Shown here piece by piece: positions 50,133-59,050 of a stretch of DNA of 64,000 bases. The position numbers were made by a program, and so were the translations under genes. The stretch lies in NCBI GenBank assembly GCA_963833365.1, contig CAWHXS010000012.1:166767-230766 (forward strand), given 5' to 3'. Numbering within the stretch: position 1 is the stretch's first letter; each line of letters begins with the position of its first letter. This DNA comes from an uncultured Gemmatimonadales bacterium. Its GTDB lineage: Bacteria; Gemmatimonadota; Gemmatimonadetes; Gemmatimonadales; GWC2-71-9. The notes under the pieces were generated by a model. That model was not told the origin of the DNA, ran no database searches, and was given only the letters and a program-made list of their open reading frames with translations.

Positions 50133-51701
50133 ATGCCTCGCCCGAAACGAATTCTCTGGGTCGACGATGAGGTCGAGACCCTTACGTCGCATACCATGTT
50201 CCTCGAGCAGCAGGGCTTCGTCGTGGACAAGGCGGCCCACGGAGACGACGCTCTCGTCCTGCTGCAGCGCCAGCCCTACGGCGTGGTCCTGCTCGATGAG
50301 CACATGCCGGGTCGCCGCGGCCTCGAGCTGCTCCAGGCGATCCGGGGAATCGATCACGCCATGCCGGTCGTGATGGTGACCAAGAGCGAAGAAGCCGGCA
50401 CGCTCAAGGACGCGATCGGGTCCGAGATCGCCGACTACCTGGTCAAGCCGGTCAATCCTCGGCAGATCCTCAGTGTCGTGACTCGGCTTCTGGACGGGGA
50501 CAGGATCCGCCAGCAGCGGCTCTCGCGAGACTTCGCGACCCGTTTCCGGGATCTGGAATCCCGTCGCGGTGCCCCGATGGCGTGGAGAGAGTGGATGGAG
50601 CTCGCCGCCGAGCTGGCGACCTGGGAGGTCCGGCTGGGCGAGGCGGACGAGCCCGGTCTCTCCGAGGCTCTGCGCACCCTGCAGATCAGCATGCGGCAGG
50701 ATTTTTCCCGGTTCATCGAGCAGCACTATCCCCGGTGGCTCAAGGAGGGTGGGGGAGACCGGCCACCACTCAGTGTAGACATCGGCGCCGAGTTCCTCCT
50801 GCCGCTGTATCGCCAGCACGGCAAGGCGATGCTGGTCGTGGTGGATTGTCTTCGGCTCGATCAGTGGGAGGCCATTCGCCCACTGGTCAGCTCCCGCTTC
50901 GATATCGAGACGGCCTACTACTTCTCGATCCTCCCCACCGCGACTCCCTTCGCGCGGAACGCAATCTTCAGCGGCCTTTTCCCTTCGGAGCTTGCCACCC
51001 GCCACCCAGCATGGTGGAAGGACAGCGACGACGCGAGCCTCAACGCGCACGAAGCGGAGTTGATGACCGAGCAGCTCAAGGACCTGACGGGCAAGCCGGT
51101 GCCGGTGCACTATGAGAAGGTCTTCACTGCCGCCGACGGTGAGGCCCTGTTGACTCGACTTCCCGCGCACCTCGCGCACGATGGAGTGACGGCGCTGGTC
51201 TTCAACTTCATTGATCAGCTGACCCACGGTCGGACCGAGAATTCGACACTGTTCGAGGTGGCGCGGGATACCTCCGCCCTTCGCAGTCTGACCCGGACCT
51301 GGTTCGAGCGTTCCTCCCTGTGGCACGCCTTGCGGGAAGCCGAGCGTCGCTCCGTGCCGGTGCTGCTTACCACGGATCATGGGTCGATCCACTGTCACAC
51401 TCCGGCCACGGTCTACGCTCGCCGGGACGCGACGGCGAACCTGCGCTACAAGTTCGGGGAGGATCTTCGAGCCCAGGAGCGGGAGGCCGCGATTGCGGTG
51501 GACGACCTGACTGCGTGGGGCCTCCCGCCACGCACACCGGGAACCCGGATGCTGCTCGCCACCGGCGACCGGTTCTTCGTCTATCCCACGAAGCTCAGGG
51601 AGTATCAGGCACGCTACCGGGGCGCGTTTCTTCATGGCGGCGTGACTCCGGAAGAAATGGTGCTCCCCATCGCGCTGCTCCAGCCCCGCCGTGGCTCGTA
51701 G
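50133..51701 (+). CDS. PorX-type response regulator: receiver domain fused to a PglZ/alkaline-phosphatase-superfamily domain
   Basis: The receiver domain is ILWVDDEVE...VLLDEHMPGRRG...LVKP. The PglZ-like domain is LVVVDCLRLDQWE, TPFARNAIFSG and LTTDHGS. Confidence 0.8.
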   Translation: MPRPKRILWVDDEVETLTSHTMFLEQQGFVVDKAAHGDDALVLLQRQPYGVVLLDEHMPGRRGLELLQAIRGIDHAMPVVMVTKSEEAGTLKDAIGSEIADYLVKPVNPRQILSVVTRLLDGDRIRQQRLSRDFATRFRDLESRRGAPMAWREWMELAAELATWEVRLGEADEPGLSEALRTLQISMRQDFSRFIEQHYPRWLKEGGGDRPPLSVDIGAEFLLPLYRQHGKAMLVVVDCLRLDQWEAIRPLVSSRFDIETAYYFSILPTATPFARNAIFSGLFPSELATRHPAWWKDSDDASLNAHEAELMTEQLKDLTGKPVPVHYEKVFTAADGEALLTRLPAHLAHDGVTALVFNFIDQLTHGRTENSTLFEVARDTSALRSLTRTWFERSSLWHALREAERRSVPVLLTTDHGSIHCHTPATVYARRDATANLRYKFGEDLRAQEREAAIAVDDLTAWGLPPRTPGTRMLLATGDRFFVYPTKLREYQARYRGAFLHGGVTPEEMVLPIALLQPRRGS

Positions 51702-53601
51702 TTCCTCCGCGAGGCATTCGCCCCGGCGCGGCTCGACTCGCCGGCTGCTCGGGTACCTGAGGCCTTATCGCCTCCGCTTCTCCCTGGGTCTCCTCACCAC
51801 GACGCTGGCATCGCTGCTGGATGGCGTCACGCTGGTCATCCTCATTCCGCTCCTGCAACAGATCTTCGCGTCGGCTCCGCCCCCCGGTGGTGGGACCAAG
51901 CTCGAAGCTCTGGTGGCCAACGTCCTCTCGCCGTTGTTGACTGGCGTTTCGCCGACGGCGGCGACGGTACGTCTGGTTCTGCTCCTTCTCGTAGCGCTCG
52001 TGCTCAAGAATGCCCTCGCTTATGTCTCCGGGCAGATCAGCGTGCAGATCCAGGAAAGCCTCGTGCGCGACCTTCGCACCCAGCTTTTCGACCACCTGCT
52101 GCGGCTTGATCTGGGTTTCTTCGAGCGGACCCGGAGTGGGCAGATCAGCTCCCGGGTCATGCAGGACGCCGACGCATCCAAGGGGGTTGTGAGCGCCGGT
52201 CTGGCGTCGTTTTTTCAGAATCTCGTGGTCATCTGCACCACGCTCCTGGTGCTGACCCAGATCTCCTGGCGCCTCACCTTGATCGCGCTGGCGGCCGCCC
52301 CGGTTCTGCTGGTGACCATCCGGGCGCTGCTCAAGCGGCTGAGACGCTACTCCCGGGCGCGGGCGGATGAAGCGGGAGAGATGACCGCAAGTGTCGCCGA
52401 GCGACTGGGCGCGGTGAAACTGGTGCGTGCGTTCGGCGGGGAAGAACGGGAAAGCAGGCGATTCCGCGAACAGGCCAGCCGGTACCGGCAGCGGACGGTG
52501 AGGGCCCAGCGCCTGGCCACGTTGACTGCTCCGCTGAGCGAGTTGTTCGGAGGACTCCTGCTGGTGCTCTTGATTGGAGTCGGTGCGACTCCGGCCTTCA
52601 GCGGTGGTGGTGCTCTAAGCCCTCAGGCGCTGATGGTATTCCTGGTTGCCGCGCTCAAAATGATGGCGCCGCTCAAGGCGCTCACTCAGTTTCCCAACCA
52701 GATGGCCGTGGCACTGGGGAGTGCGGAGCGGGTATTCGAGGTGCTCGATTTACCCCTTCCCGAGGCCGAGCCGCCGGGCTTGGGCGAGGCGCGATTCGCA
52801 CGGGCGGTCGTTTTCGACGGGGTCTGGTTCGAGTATGGCCGGTTGGGACGAGCTTCCGCGGCGCCGCACTGGGTGTTGCAGGACGTTTCCTTCGCCTTGC
52901 CGCGCGGCTCGATCGTCGCCCTGGTGGGACCATCGGGGGCGGGGAAGAGCACCATCGCCGAACTGTTGATCCGCTTTCGGGAGCCGACTCGGGGACGCAT
53001 TCTGATGGATGATGTGCCGCTCGATACCTTGAGCCGGAGCTCGGTGCGTTCCCTGATGGGTGTCGTGGGACAGGATGCGGTGCTCTTGCACGATAGCGTG
53101 CACGCCAACATTGCCTACGGCCGTCCCGGAGCCAGCCGCGAGGACGTGGAGGAGGCTGCAAGAGCGGCGAACGCCCACGACTTCGTCGCCCAGTTACCGA
53201 TGGGCTATGACACTGTCGTGGGGGAGCGCGGAGCCCGGCTCTCGGGTGGTCAGCGGCAGCGGATCGCGATCGCGCGGGCCCTGCTCAAAGACCCCCCCAT
53301 CCTCGTGCTCGATGAGGCGACGAGCGCCCTCGACCCCGAGTCGGAACGACTGGTGCGGGAGGCGATTGACCGGTTGATGCAGCACCGCACCGTGCTGGTG
53401 ATCGCCCACCGGCTGTCGACCATCCGCCACGCGGATCTGATCCTGGTGCTGGAGCACGGCCAGATCATCGAGCGCGGTACCCATGACTCGCTCCTGGCCC
53501 AGGGCGGGCGCTATCGTGACTTGTACGAGGGCCACCGACTGGAACGTTCCGTGCGACGCACCGGGCGTCCGTCAATCCCGAGTCCGGAGTTCACTTCGTG
53601 A
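51691..53601 (+). CDS. msbA: ABC transporter permease/ATPase (MsbA-like lipid exporter)
   Basis: Six-TM ABC type-1 domain plus an NBD with GPSGAGKST, LSGGQRQRIAIARAL and LVLDEATSALD. Confidence 0.8.
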   Translation: MARSSSARHSPRRGSTRRLLGYLRPYRLRFSLGLLTTTLASLLDGVTLVILIPLLQQIFASAPPPGGGTKLEALVANVLSPLLTGVSPTAATVRLVLLLLVALVLKNALAYVSGQISVQIQESLVRDLRTQLFDHLLRLDLGFFERTRSGQISSRVMQDADASKGVVSAGLASFFQNLVVICTTLLVLTQISWRLTLIALAAAPVLLVTIRALLKRLRRYSRARADEAGEMTASVAERLGAVKLVRAFGGEERESRRFREQASRYRQRTVRAQRLATLTAPLSELFGGLLLVLLIGVGATPAFSGGGALSPQALMVFLVAALKMMAPLKALTQFPNQMAVALGSAERVFEVLDLPLPEAEPPGLGEARFARAVVFDGVWFEYGRLGRASAAPHWVLQDVSFALPRGSIVALVGPSGAGKSTIAELLIRFREPTRGRILMDDVPLDTLSRSSVRSLMGVVGQDAVLLHDSVHANIAYGRPGASREDVEEAARAANAHDFVAQLPMGYDTVVGERGARLSGGQRQRIAIARALLKDPPILVLDEATSALDPESERLVREAIDRLMQHRTVLVIAHRLSTIRHADLILVLEHGQIIERGTHDSLLAQGGRYRDLYEGHRLERSVRRTGRPSIPSPEFTS

Positions 53602-54590
53602 GCAGCTTCAGGGGAACGCGGGTCCTCTTCATCGGTCGGCAGGATGACAGCGTCCACGCCCACAATGGCTTGCGCTGTCGCGCCCTCGAACGACTGGGCT
53701 GTGCGGTGGCCACCCTCGATCCGGAGCAGGCCGGCTGGCTCGAACGGCTGGCCGGACGGGACTTCGAGGCGCGACTGGTGAAAGCGCTCGACAGCCACAA
53801 GCCGCAGCTGGTGATCGCGATGGGAGGCTTCGGGCTCGACGCCGTCTCCATCCGTGCAGTGCGAAGCGGATACTCCGCGCGATGGGTGAACTGGTTCCCG
53901 GGCGATCTGCGGGTGGTGAATCCTGCCCGACAGCTGGCGCCGGCCTACGACCGCATGTACCTGACGGGGACCGATGTGACCGAGGAGGTGCAGCGAGGGG
54001 GCGTGACCCCGGCTGTATTCCTGCCTCTGGGTTGTGACCCTTCGGTGTACAAGCCGATGCGTGCCAAGGGCCCATTCCGCGCCAATGTGGTCTTTGCCGG
54101 CGAGGCGACTCCTCGGCGGGAAGCGCTGCTCAATGAGGTGGTAGAATTTGGCCTCGCGGTCTGGGGGGACAGCTGGAAAAAGACTTCGCTCCGGGACTAC
54201 TGCCGGGGAGACCTGCCCACCGTGGAGGACTACGTGCGGGCCTATGCCGGGGCCACGGTTGGGATCAATGTCCACCATGCGCTGGACGACGACCCCGCCC
54301 ACCAGGGTCGAGGGTGCAACCAGCGCCTCTTCGAGCTCAGCAGCATCGGAGTGGCTCAAGTCGTGGATGCGCGAGCGGACCTTCCGCTCCATTTCGAGGA
54401 CGGGCGGGAGGTCCTGGTCTTCGAAAACCCAGCGGAGCTCAAGGGCCAGGTCAAACGCGCCTTGCAGCAGGACACCTACCGGGACCGGTTGGCGAATTCA
54501 GCTCGCCAGCGCTCCCTTTCCAACCACACGTACATGCACCGTATGTCCGCCATGCTTGCCGACGCCTTGCAGGAGTCGCCGAAGAGTTGA
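53598..54590 (+). CDS. CgeB-family glycosyltransferase-like protein
   Basis: 330 aa. The GTG start overlaps the msbA TGA (GTGA). The C-terminal region NQRLFELSSIGVAQVVD...FENPAELKGQVKRAL...R..ARQRSLSNHTY is typical of CgeB/DUF3880-type proteins. Confidence 0.65.
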   Translation: MSSFRGTRVLFIGRQDDSVHAHNGLRCRALERLGCAVATLDPEQAGWLERLAGRDFEARLVKALDSHKPQLVIAMGGFGLDAVSIRAVRSGYSARWVNWFPGDLRVVNPARQLAPAYDRMYLTGTDVTEEVQRGGVTPAVFLPLGCDPSVYKPMRAKGPFRANVVFAGEATPRREALLNEVVEFGLAVWGDSWKKTSLRDYCRGDLPTVEDYVRAYAGATVGINVHHALDDDPAHQGRGCNQRLFELSSIGVAQVVDARADLPLHFEDGREVLVFENPAELKGQVKRALQQDTYRDRLANSARQRSLSNHTYMHRMSAMLADALQESPKS

Positions 54591-54596
54591 GTCCGC

Positions 54597-55547
54597 TCAG
54601 GTCGTCTCGTATCCTTTCCCTCTGAGAATCAGTTCCACGCGGTGCGCGTAGGTATGACGGGCCAACGCGTGCGCCCGCCCCGCTTTTGCGATGTCTCTTC
54701 GCTCCTCTGCTCTCACCAGAAAGTGACTGATACGGGCCAGCATCTCTTCGGTTGAGTGGAACCACGCACAGTGCTTGCCATCGCGCGCGAACTGCTCGAT
54801 TCCCGTGCTGTACTCTCCCAGGAAAAAGCCTCCTGCTCCCAGGACCTTCCACATCCGGTTGGAGCTGGAATACCCGCCCAGAGCCTGTTCCGGATAGGCG
54901 TGAAGGCCGAGGCTGATCGCCGCCCCTGCGGTGGCTTGAGTGAAGGGGAGGCCTCGGGTCTCTCCTCCAACGACAGGAATTCCCACTGGTGGGGGTGTCC
55001 AGCCGGGTCCGCGCACCTGGAGCCGTGCCGACCCCGCGATTCTCCGAAGCGGTTCATGCCGCGCCAGGTACTGGCCCGACCCTATGAACGACACCTCACA
55101 GACAAATGATTCCGGAACTTCATCCGGAGGTCTGTCGACCTCCGGGTCTACACCCTGAGGCATGAAATGGACCTTGCCTACTCCTGCCGCTCCCAGATGG
55201 CCGACATGCTGGGTGGAGCTGACGAAGGTGGTTCCGGCGAGCCGGGCCACTTTCACGGCGTCGGGGGTGAGCAGGTAGTCGAAATACCAGAAGGCGGTGG
55301 GGAACCGTTCGGTGATGCGGGTGAGGTAGTGCTCTCCGAGACGAATCGCGCGGACTGTCAGGATCACGAAGTCGGGACGAAACCCTGCCATCCGACGCCA
55401 GAGCAAAGGCGGCGCAAGCGGACCGAGCCACTGGCTCGTACCCGGCACGTTGAGATGGAGTGTCTCGCAGCCGAGGCTTCGGCAGGCGCGCGTGATGGAT
55501 GCCTCGGTCTTGAGCGGGCTCCCGGCCCCGACAACCGCCACACGCAT
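54597..55547 (-). CDS. CgeB-family glycosyltransferase-like protein (second copy, convergent)
   Basis: ORF trimmed to Met24 (MRVAVVGAG...). The C-terminal region is NRMWKVLGAGGFFLGE...FHSTEEMLARISHFL...AGRAHALARHTYAHR. Confidence 0.65.
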   Translation of the reverse strand: MRVAVVGAGSPLKTEASITRACRSLGCETLHLNVPGTSQWLGPLAPPLLWRRMAGFRPDFVILTVRAIRLGEHYLTRITERFPTAFWYFDYLLTPDAVKVARLAGTTFVSSTQHVGHLGAAGVGKVHFMPQGVDPEVDRPPDEVPESFVCEVSFIGSGQYLARHEPLRRIAGSARLQVRGPGWTPPPVGIPVVGGETRGLPFTQATAGAAISLGLHAYPEQALGGYSSSNRMWKVLGAGGFFLGEYSTGIEQFARDGKHCAWFHSTEEMLARISHFLVRAEERRDIAKAGRAHALARHTYAHRVELILRGKGYETT

Positions 55548-55566
55548 GCGGTATCTTACCGAACCC

Positions 55567-56712
55567 ATGCCCCAGATGCGACCTGTCGCTGACTCTGCTC
55601 GCGAGCCTCCGCGCACCTCGGGAGACGGGTTAAGAGTCCTTCAGGTCATCCAGCAGCCCGGCGGCACCGGAGCCTCGCTCTCGACTCTCCATCTCAGCAT
55701 CGGGCTTGCCGAGCGGGGCGTGAAGATTCGATTCGCTTGTCCCGTCGGTTCGGAATTGGAAGAGGATGCGCGAAGCGCCGGACTCGAGGTGGACGCGCTT
55801 CCCTTTGCCCGCCGCGGCCGGCGCCACAACGCGGCCCTGCTTCGCGATCTCCTCGCCCGTCATCCGGTGGACGTGGTCAACTCCCATTCCGCTCGAGACC
55901 GGAAGGCGCTGACCTGGCTCGGTCTGAGTCGCCGTCTCACGGCTTCCCTGGTTGTCACCCGCCGCCAAATGCCGCGAAGTTTTTACCTCGAGAACTGGCT
56001 CTCAGGCCGAGTCGCTTCCCGAGTGATCGCCGTGAGTCCTGCCGTTGCCGAAGCACTCGCCCGCCGGGGGATTCCGCGCCGAAAGATCGCCGTGGTGCCC
56101 AATGGCCTGATCACCGCACGGGTGGACCGTCCGCTATCGACCGCTGAGGTGGAGGCCTGGCGGGGCCGCATCGAGTGGGATCCCAATCGCCGAACGGTTC
56201 TTATCGCGGCCCGGCGCAAGGCGCAGGATGTAGTCCTTCGCGCCCTTCATTCGGTGACGGCGCCGGTGCGACTCGTCATGGCCGGCGCCGGCGAGGATGC
56301 TTTTTCTCATCTCGTTGCGAAGGTGCCCGACCGCCACGCAGTCGTTTCCTTCAACTTCGAGCGGGACATCCGCCCGCTCTACGAGTTGGCCGACTTGGCC
56401 CTTCTGCCTACTTGGGACGAGGGCTTGTCCCAGGCTCTGCTCGAGGCGCTGGCTTTAGGATGTCCGGTCGTGGCCTCGGCGGTACCGGGTAACGCCTACG
56501 TCCTGAAGGATGGGATAAACGGAAGGTTGCTCCCGCTCGACTCGCCAGAGCGATGGGCTCAGGCGATTGACGAGCTACTGGGAGATCAGAACCTTCGGGA
56601 ACGGCTTGGCGCAGCCGGCCGCCGCACCGCTCGGGAAGATTTTTCGCTGGACCGCACGGTTTCAGGAACGCTCGCCGTCTATCGCGACGTTCTTGGCCAG
56701 GCCGGCCACTGA
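55567..56712 (+). CDS. glycosyltransferase family 4
   Basis: GT-B fold with the EGLSQALLEALALGCPVVASAVPGN motif. Start uncertain (ATG at 55567 or 55576). Confidence 0.75.
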   Translation: MPQMRPVADSAREPPRTSGDGLRVLQVIQQPGGTGASLSTLHLSIGLAERGVKIRFACPVGSELEEDARSAGLEVDALPFARRGRRHNAALLRDLLARHPVDVVNSHSARDRKALTWLGLSRRLTASLVVTRRQMPRSFYLENWLSGRVASRVIAVSPAVAEALARRGIPRRKIAVVPNGLITARVDRPLSTAEVEAWRGRIEWDPNRRTVLIAARRKAQDVVLRALHSVTAPVRLVMAGAGEDAFSHLVAKVPDRHAVVSFNFERDIRPLYELADLALLPTWDEGLSQALLEALALGCPVVASAVPGNAYVLKDGINGRLLPLDSPERWAQAIDELLGDQNLRERLGAAGRRTAREDFSLDRTVSGTLAVYRDVLGQAGH

Positions 56713-56719
56713 GGCGTCT

Positions 56720-57901
56720 CTGGCTCGCACTCTCCTTCTCGCATACGACTTCCCGCCCATGTCGGGGGGCATCGCCCGGTGCCTTTCGGAAATCGCGCGG
56801 CATTATCCCCCGGATGAACTCCTCGTCTCGACCGGTGATGCCCCCCATAGAAATCAAGCCGTCGAGGATGGAATCGATCGCCTCGAGGTGCCGAGCGATC
56901 GGCTGCGGACACTCGCCGGGTTGCGACGCTGGTCGTCCCGAGTGCTCGCGTTGAGTGACCGGGAAGCGACTCGCTTCGTCTGGGTCGGAAACCTGAAGCC
57001 AGCCGGCTATCCCGCGCTGTGGCTCCGGGCACGGAGGGGGATCCCTTATGGCGTCATCCTCTACGGGCTCGATCTGCTGTTGATCGAGAGACAAACGCGA
57101 CGATCGCCGATGAAACGGGCGATAGCCCGTCGCTTGCTCGGGACGGCATCCGCCCTGGTAGCAATCAGCGGCTGGACTCGTGCTCGGGCGGCCAGCCTCT
57201 GCGATTCACTCGGTCTCTCGGTTCAGGACCGCTTGCACGCTGTCCCTCTGGGAGCGGATCCCAGGCGATTTCACCCCGGGATCGGGACGGAGGATCTGCG
57301 GCGCCGTTTCGGCTTGGGCGAGAGGCGATGGCTTCTCACCGTTACCCGGTTGGTCGAACACAAGGGAGTGGACACGGGGATTCTGGTCCTCGAACGGCTG
57401 GCGTCGGAATTCCCTGACCTCGGCTATGCGATCGCAGGCACCGGTCCCGCAAGTGACGCGCTTTCGGCTGAGGTTGAGCGGAAGGGGTTGAAGGATCGAG
57501 TGCGGTTCCTGGGAGAAGTATCCGACGAAGACCTGCCGGCGCTCTACTGCACTGCGTCTTTGTATCTGGGTCTCTCCCGCGAGCTGCCGCTTCAGGTCGA
57601 GGGATTCGGATTGTCGCTGGTCGAAGCCTCAGCGTGTGGCGTGCCGGTCGTAGCATGCCGCAGCGGTGGAATTCCTGATGCGGTGCAGGAGGGAGTGACT
57701 GGTCTACTGGTTGAGCCGGGGAACCTCGAGGCGGCTACCCAGGCGGTCAGGCAGGTAATGAATGACGAGGATCTTGCGCGAAAACTGGGCGCCGGAGGAC
57801 GACTCGAGGTCGAGCGTCGCCTCAATTGGGACCGGGTAGTCGAGGATCTCCTTGCGATCGAAGCCGGGATCACACTCCCGGCGGCGCCAGCCGGACGCTG
57901 A
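56720..57901 (+). CDS. glycosyltransferase family 4
   Basis: LLLAYDFPPMSGGIA N-terminus and EGFGLSLVEASACGVPVVACRSGGIPD. Start unresolved: there is no ATG/GTG/TTG between the upstream stop and ATG 56759, so CTG 56720 is only a placeholder. Confidence 0.7.
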   Translation: MARTLLLAYDFPPMSGGIARCLSEIARHYPPDELLVSTGDAPHRNQAVEDGIDRLEVPSDRLRTLAGLRRWSSRVLALSDREATRFVWVGNLKPAGYPALWLRARRGIPYGVILYGLDLLLIERQTRRSPMKRAIARRLLGTASALVAISGWTRARAASLCDSLGLSVQDRLHAVPLGADPRRFHPGIGTEDLRRRFGLGERRWLLTVTRLVEHKGVDTGILVLERLASEFPDLGYAIAGTGPASDALSAEVERKGLKDRVRFLGEVSDEDLPALYCTASLYLGLSRELPLQVEGFGLSLVEASACGVPVVACRSGGIPDAVQEGVTGLLVEPGNLEAATQAVRQVMNDEDLARKLGAGGRLEVERRLNWDRVVEDLLAIEAGITLPAAPAGR

Positions 57902-58922
57902 TCGCATAGGTGGGACAATTGCGAACGTAGGCTCCATCGAGCGGAGACCAGGTCTGAACCGGTGCGATGACCTCGGCGCGCTGGTCATCGGCCATCCGGA
58001 ACACGGCGGGCGAGTGCATCGCACACATGCCGCAGCCGATGCAGCGGGAGCGGTCAACCCGGACCTCGACCCGCTTCTTGGGATAGATGCCTCCTTCCAT
58101 CTGGTCGCCCAGCGAGTCGAGCACGCCCGCGGTTGCACGGTATCCTTCATCGATCAGCTCGCGGTTGTGGCCAAACGCGAAGAGCGACATGTGCTCGACC
58201 CTGGGATGGACCAGCACCAGCGTCGGGTGTCTCCACTCCCGGAGCCGCGTCTCCATCAACGTTTGCATCACGATCTCATAGCCTCTGAGATACGTCGCCG
58301 CGAAGCCTGCTTCCTGGACCTCGGCTCGGAGCGCGCCCGAGCCTCCAACGTCTACCGCCAGAACTAACGAGGTGCGCTGGACCGCCGCGATCTGGACCGG
58401 CAGGTTTTCGATTACCGCACCGTCCACGTAGTGGCGACCCTGGATCTCGCGTGGTGGGAGGATGCCGGGCAGGGCGCAGGAGGCGAATACCGCGTCTGCT
58501 ACCCGGACCTTGCGAAGACCGGGAAGTCCCCAGAGCACCTGGGCTCCGGAATTGAGCTCCACTGTGTTGACCAGGAGGGGACGGTCCAGGTCTTCGAAGG
58601 TGCGGTCGCCAGCCAGGCTCTGAATCAGGTTGTCGAGCGGTTCCCGCCGGTAGACCGCAGGCGACTGCATCCGCTTGAGCGCCATGTCCACGTGGGCCAC
58701 CTGGAAGATGTCCCGCCGCTTGACCCGGAGCCCGCGCTCGGTCATCTCGCCGATTGGCATCCCAGTGGCCCACGCGGCGGCGACCAGCGAACCCATGCTG
58801 GTTCCGACCACGAGGCTGGGGACGAGGCCCCGCTCCTCCAGCGCCCGGAGTACTCCGATGTGCGCCAGCCCTTTGAGACCGCCGCCACTTAGTACCAGGG
58901 TGAAGGGCCCGCTAAAGCTCAC
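57870..58922 (-). CDS. patatin-like phospholipase fused to a C-terminal ferredoxin-like 4Fe-4S domain
   Basis: Patatin motifs are LSGGGLKGLAHIG and GTSMG (the GxSxG serine), plus a DGA-type Asp region. The C-terminal roughly 65 aa, VDRSRCIGCGMCAMHSPAVF...VRNCPTYAISV, gives a CxxCxxC...CP pattern. Confidence 0.75.
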   Translation of the reverse strand: MSFSGPFTLVLSGGGLKGLAHIGVLRALEERGLVPSLVVGTSMGSLVAAAWATGMPIGEMTERGLRVKRRDIFQVAHVDMALKRMQSPAVYRREPLDNLIQSLAGDRTFEDLDRPLLVNTVELNSGAQVLWGLPGLRKVRVADAVFASCALPGILPPREIQGRHYVDGAVIENLPVQIAAVQRTSLVLAVDVGGSGALRAEVQEAGFAATYLRGYEIVMQTLMETRLREWRHPTLVLVHPRVEHMSLFAFGHNRELIDEGYRATAGVLDSLGDQMEGGIYPKKRVEVRVDRSRCIGCGMCAMHSPAVFRMADDQRAEVIAPVQTWSPLDGAYVRNCPTYAISVRLAPPGV

Positions 58923-58979
58923 GTGCTTGCCGGATCGGTGGAGTTCGGGGTAACGTAGCGAGCCGGTCAGACGCAGAGA

Positions 58980-59007
58980 AGCCGTTAGCCGTTAGCCGGT
59001 AGCCGTC
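58980..59007. repeat. heptamer array AGCCGTN x4
   Basis: AGCCGTT AGCCGTT AGCCGGT AGCCGTC, in the divergent intergenic region between the patatin gene and the aminotransferase gene. Confidence 0.8.
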
Positions 59008-59050
59008 AGCGAACTAAGTCCCCAGCGCTCGGTGAGGAAGGACTTCAGGA

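Noticed and set aside
50133-51701. PglZ domain as a marker of a BREX or DISARM-like phage-defence system.
   Set aside because: Here PglZ is fused to a receiver domain (PorX-type architecture). None of the BREX partners (brxA/B/C, pglX methyltransferase, brxL) is nearby; the neighbours are glycan-biosynthesis genes.
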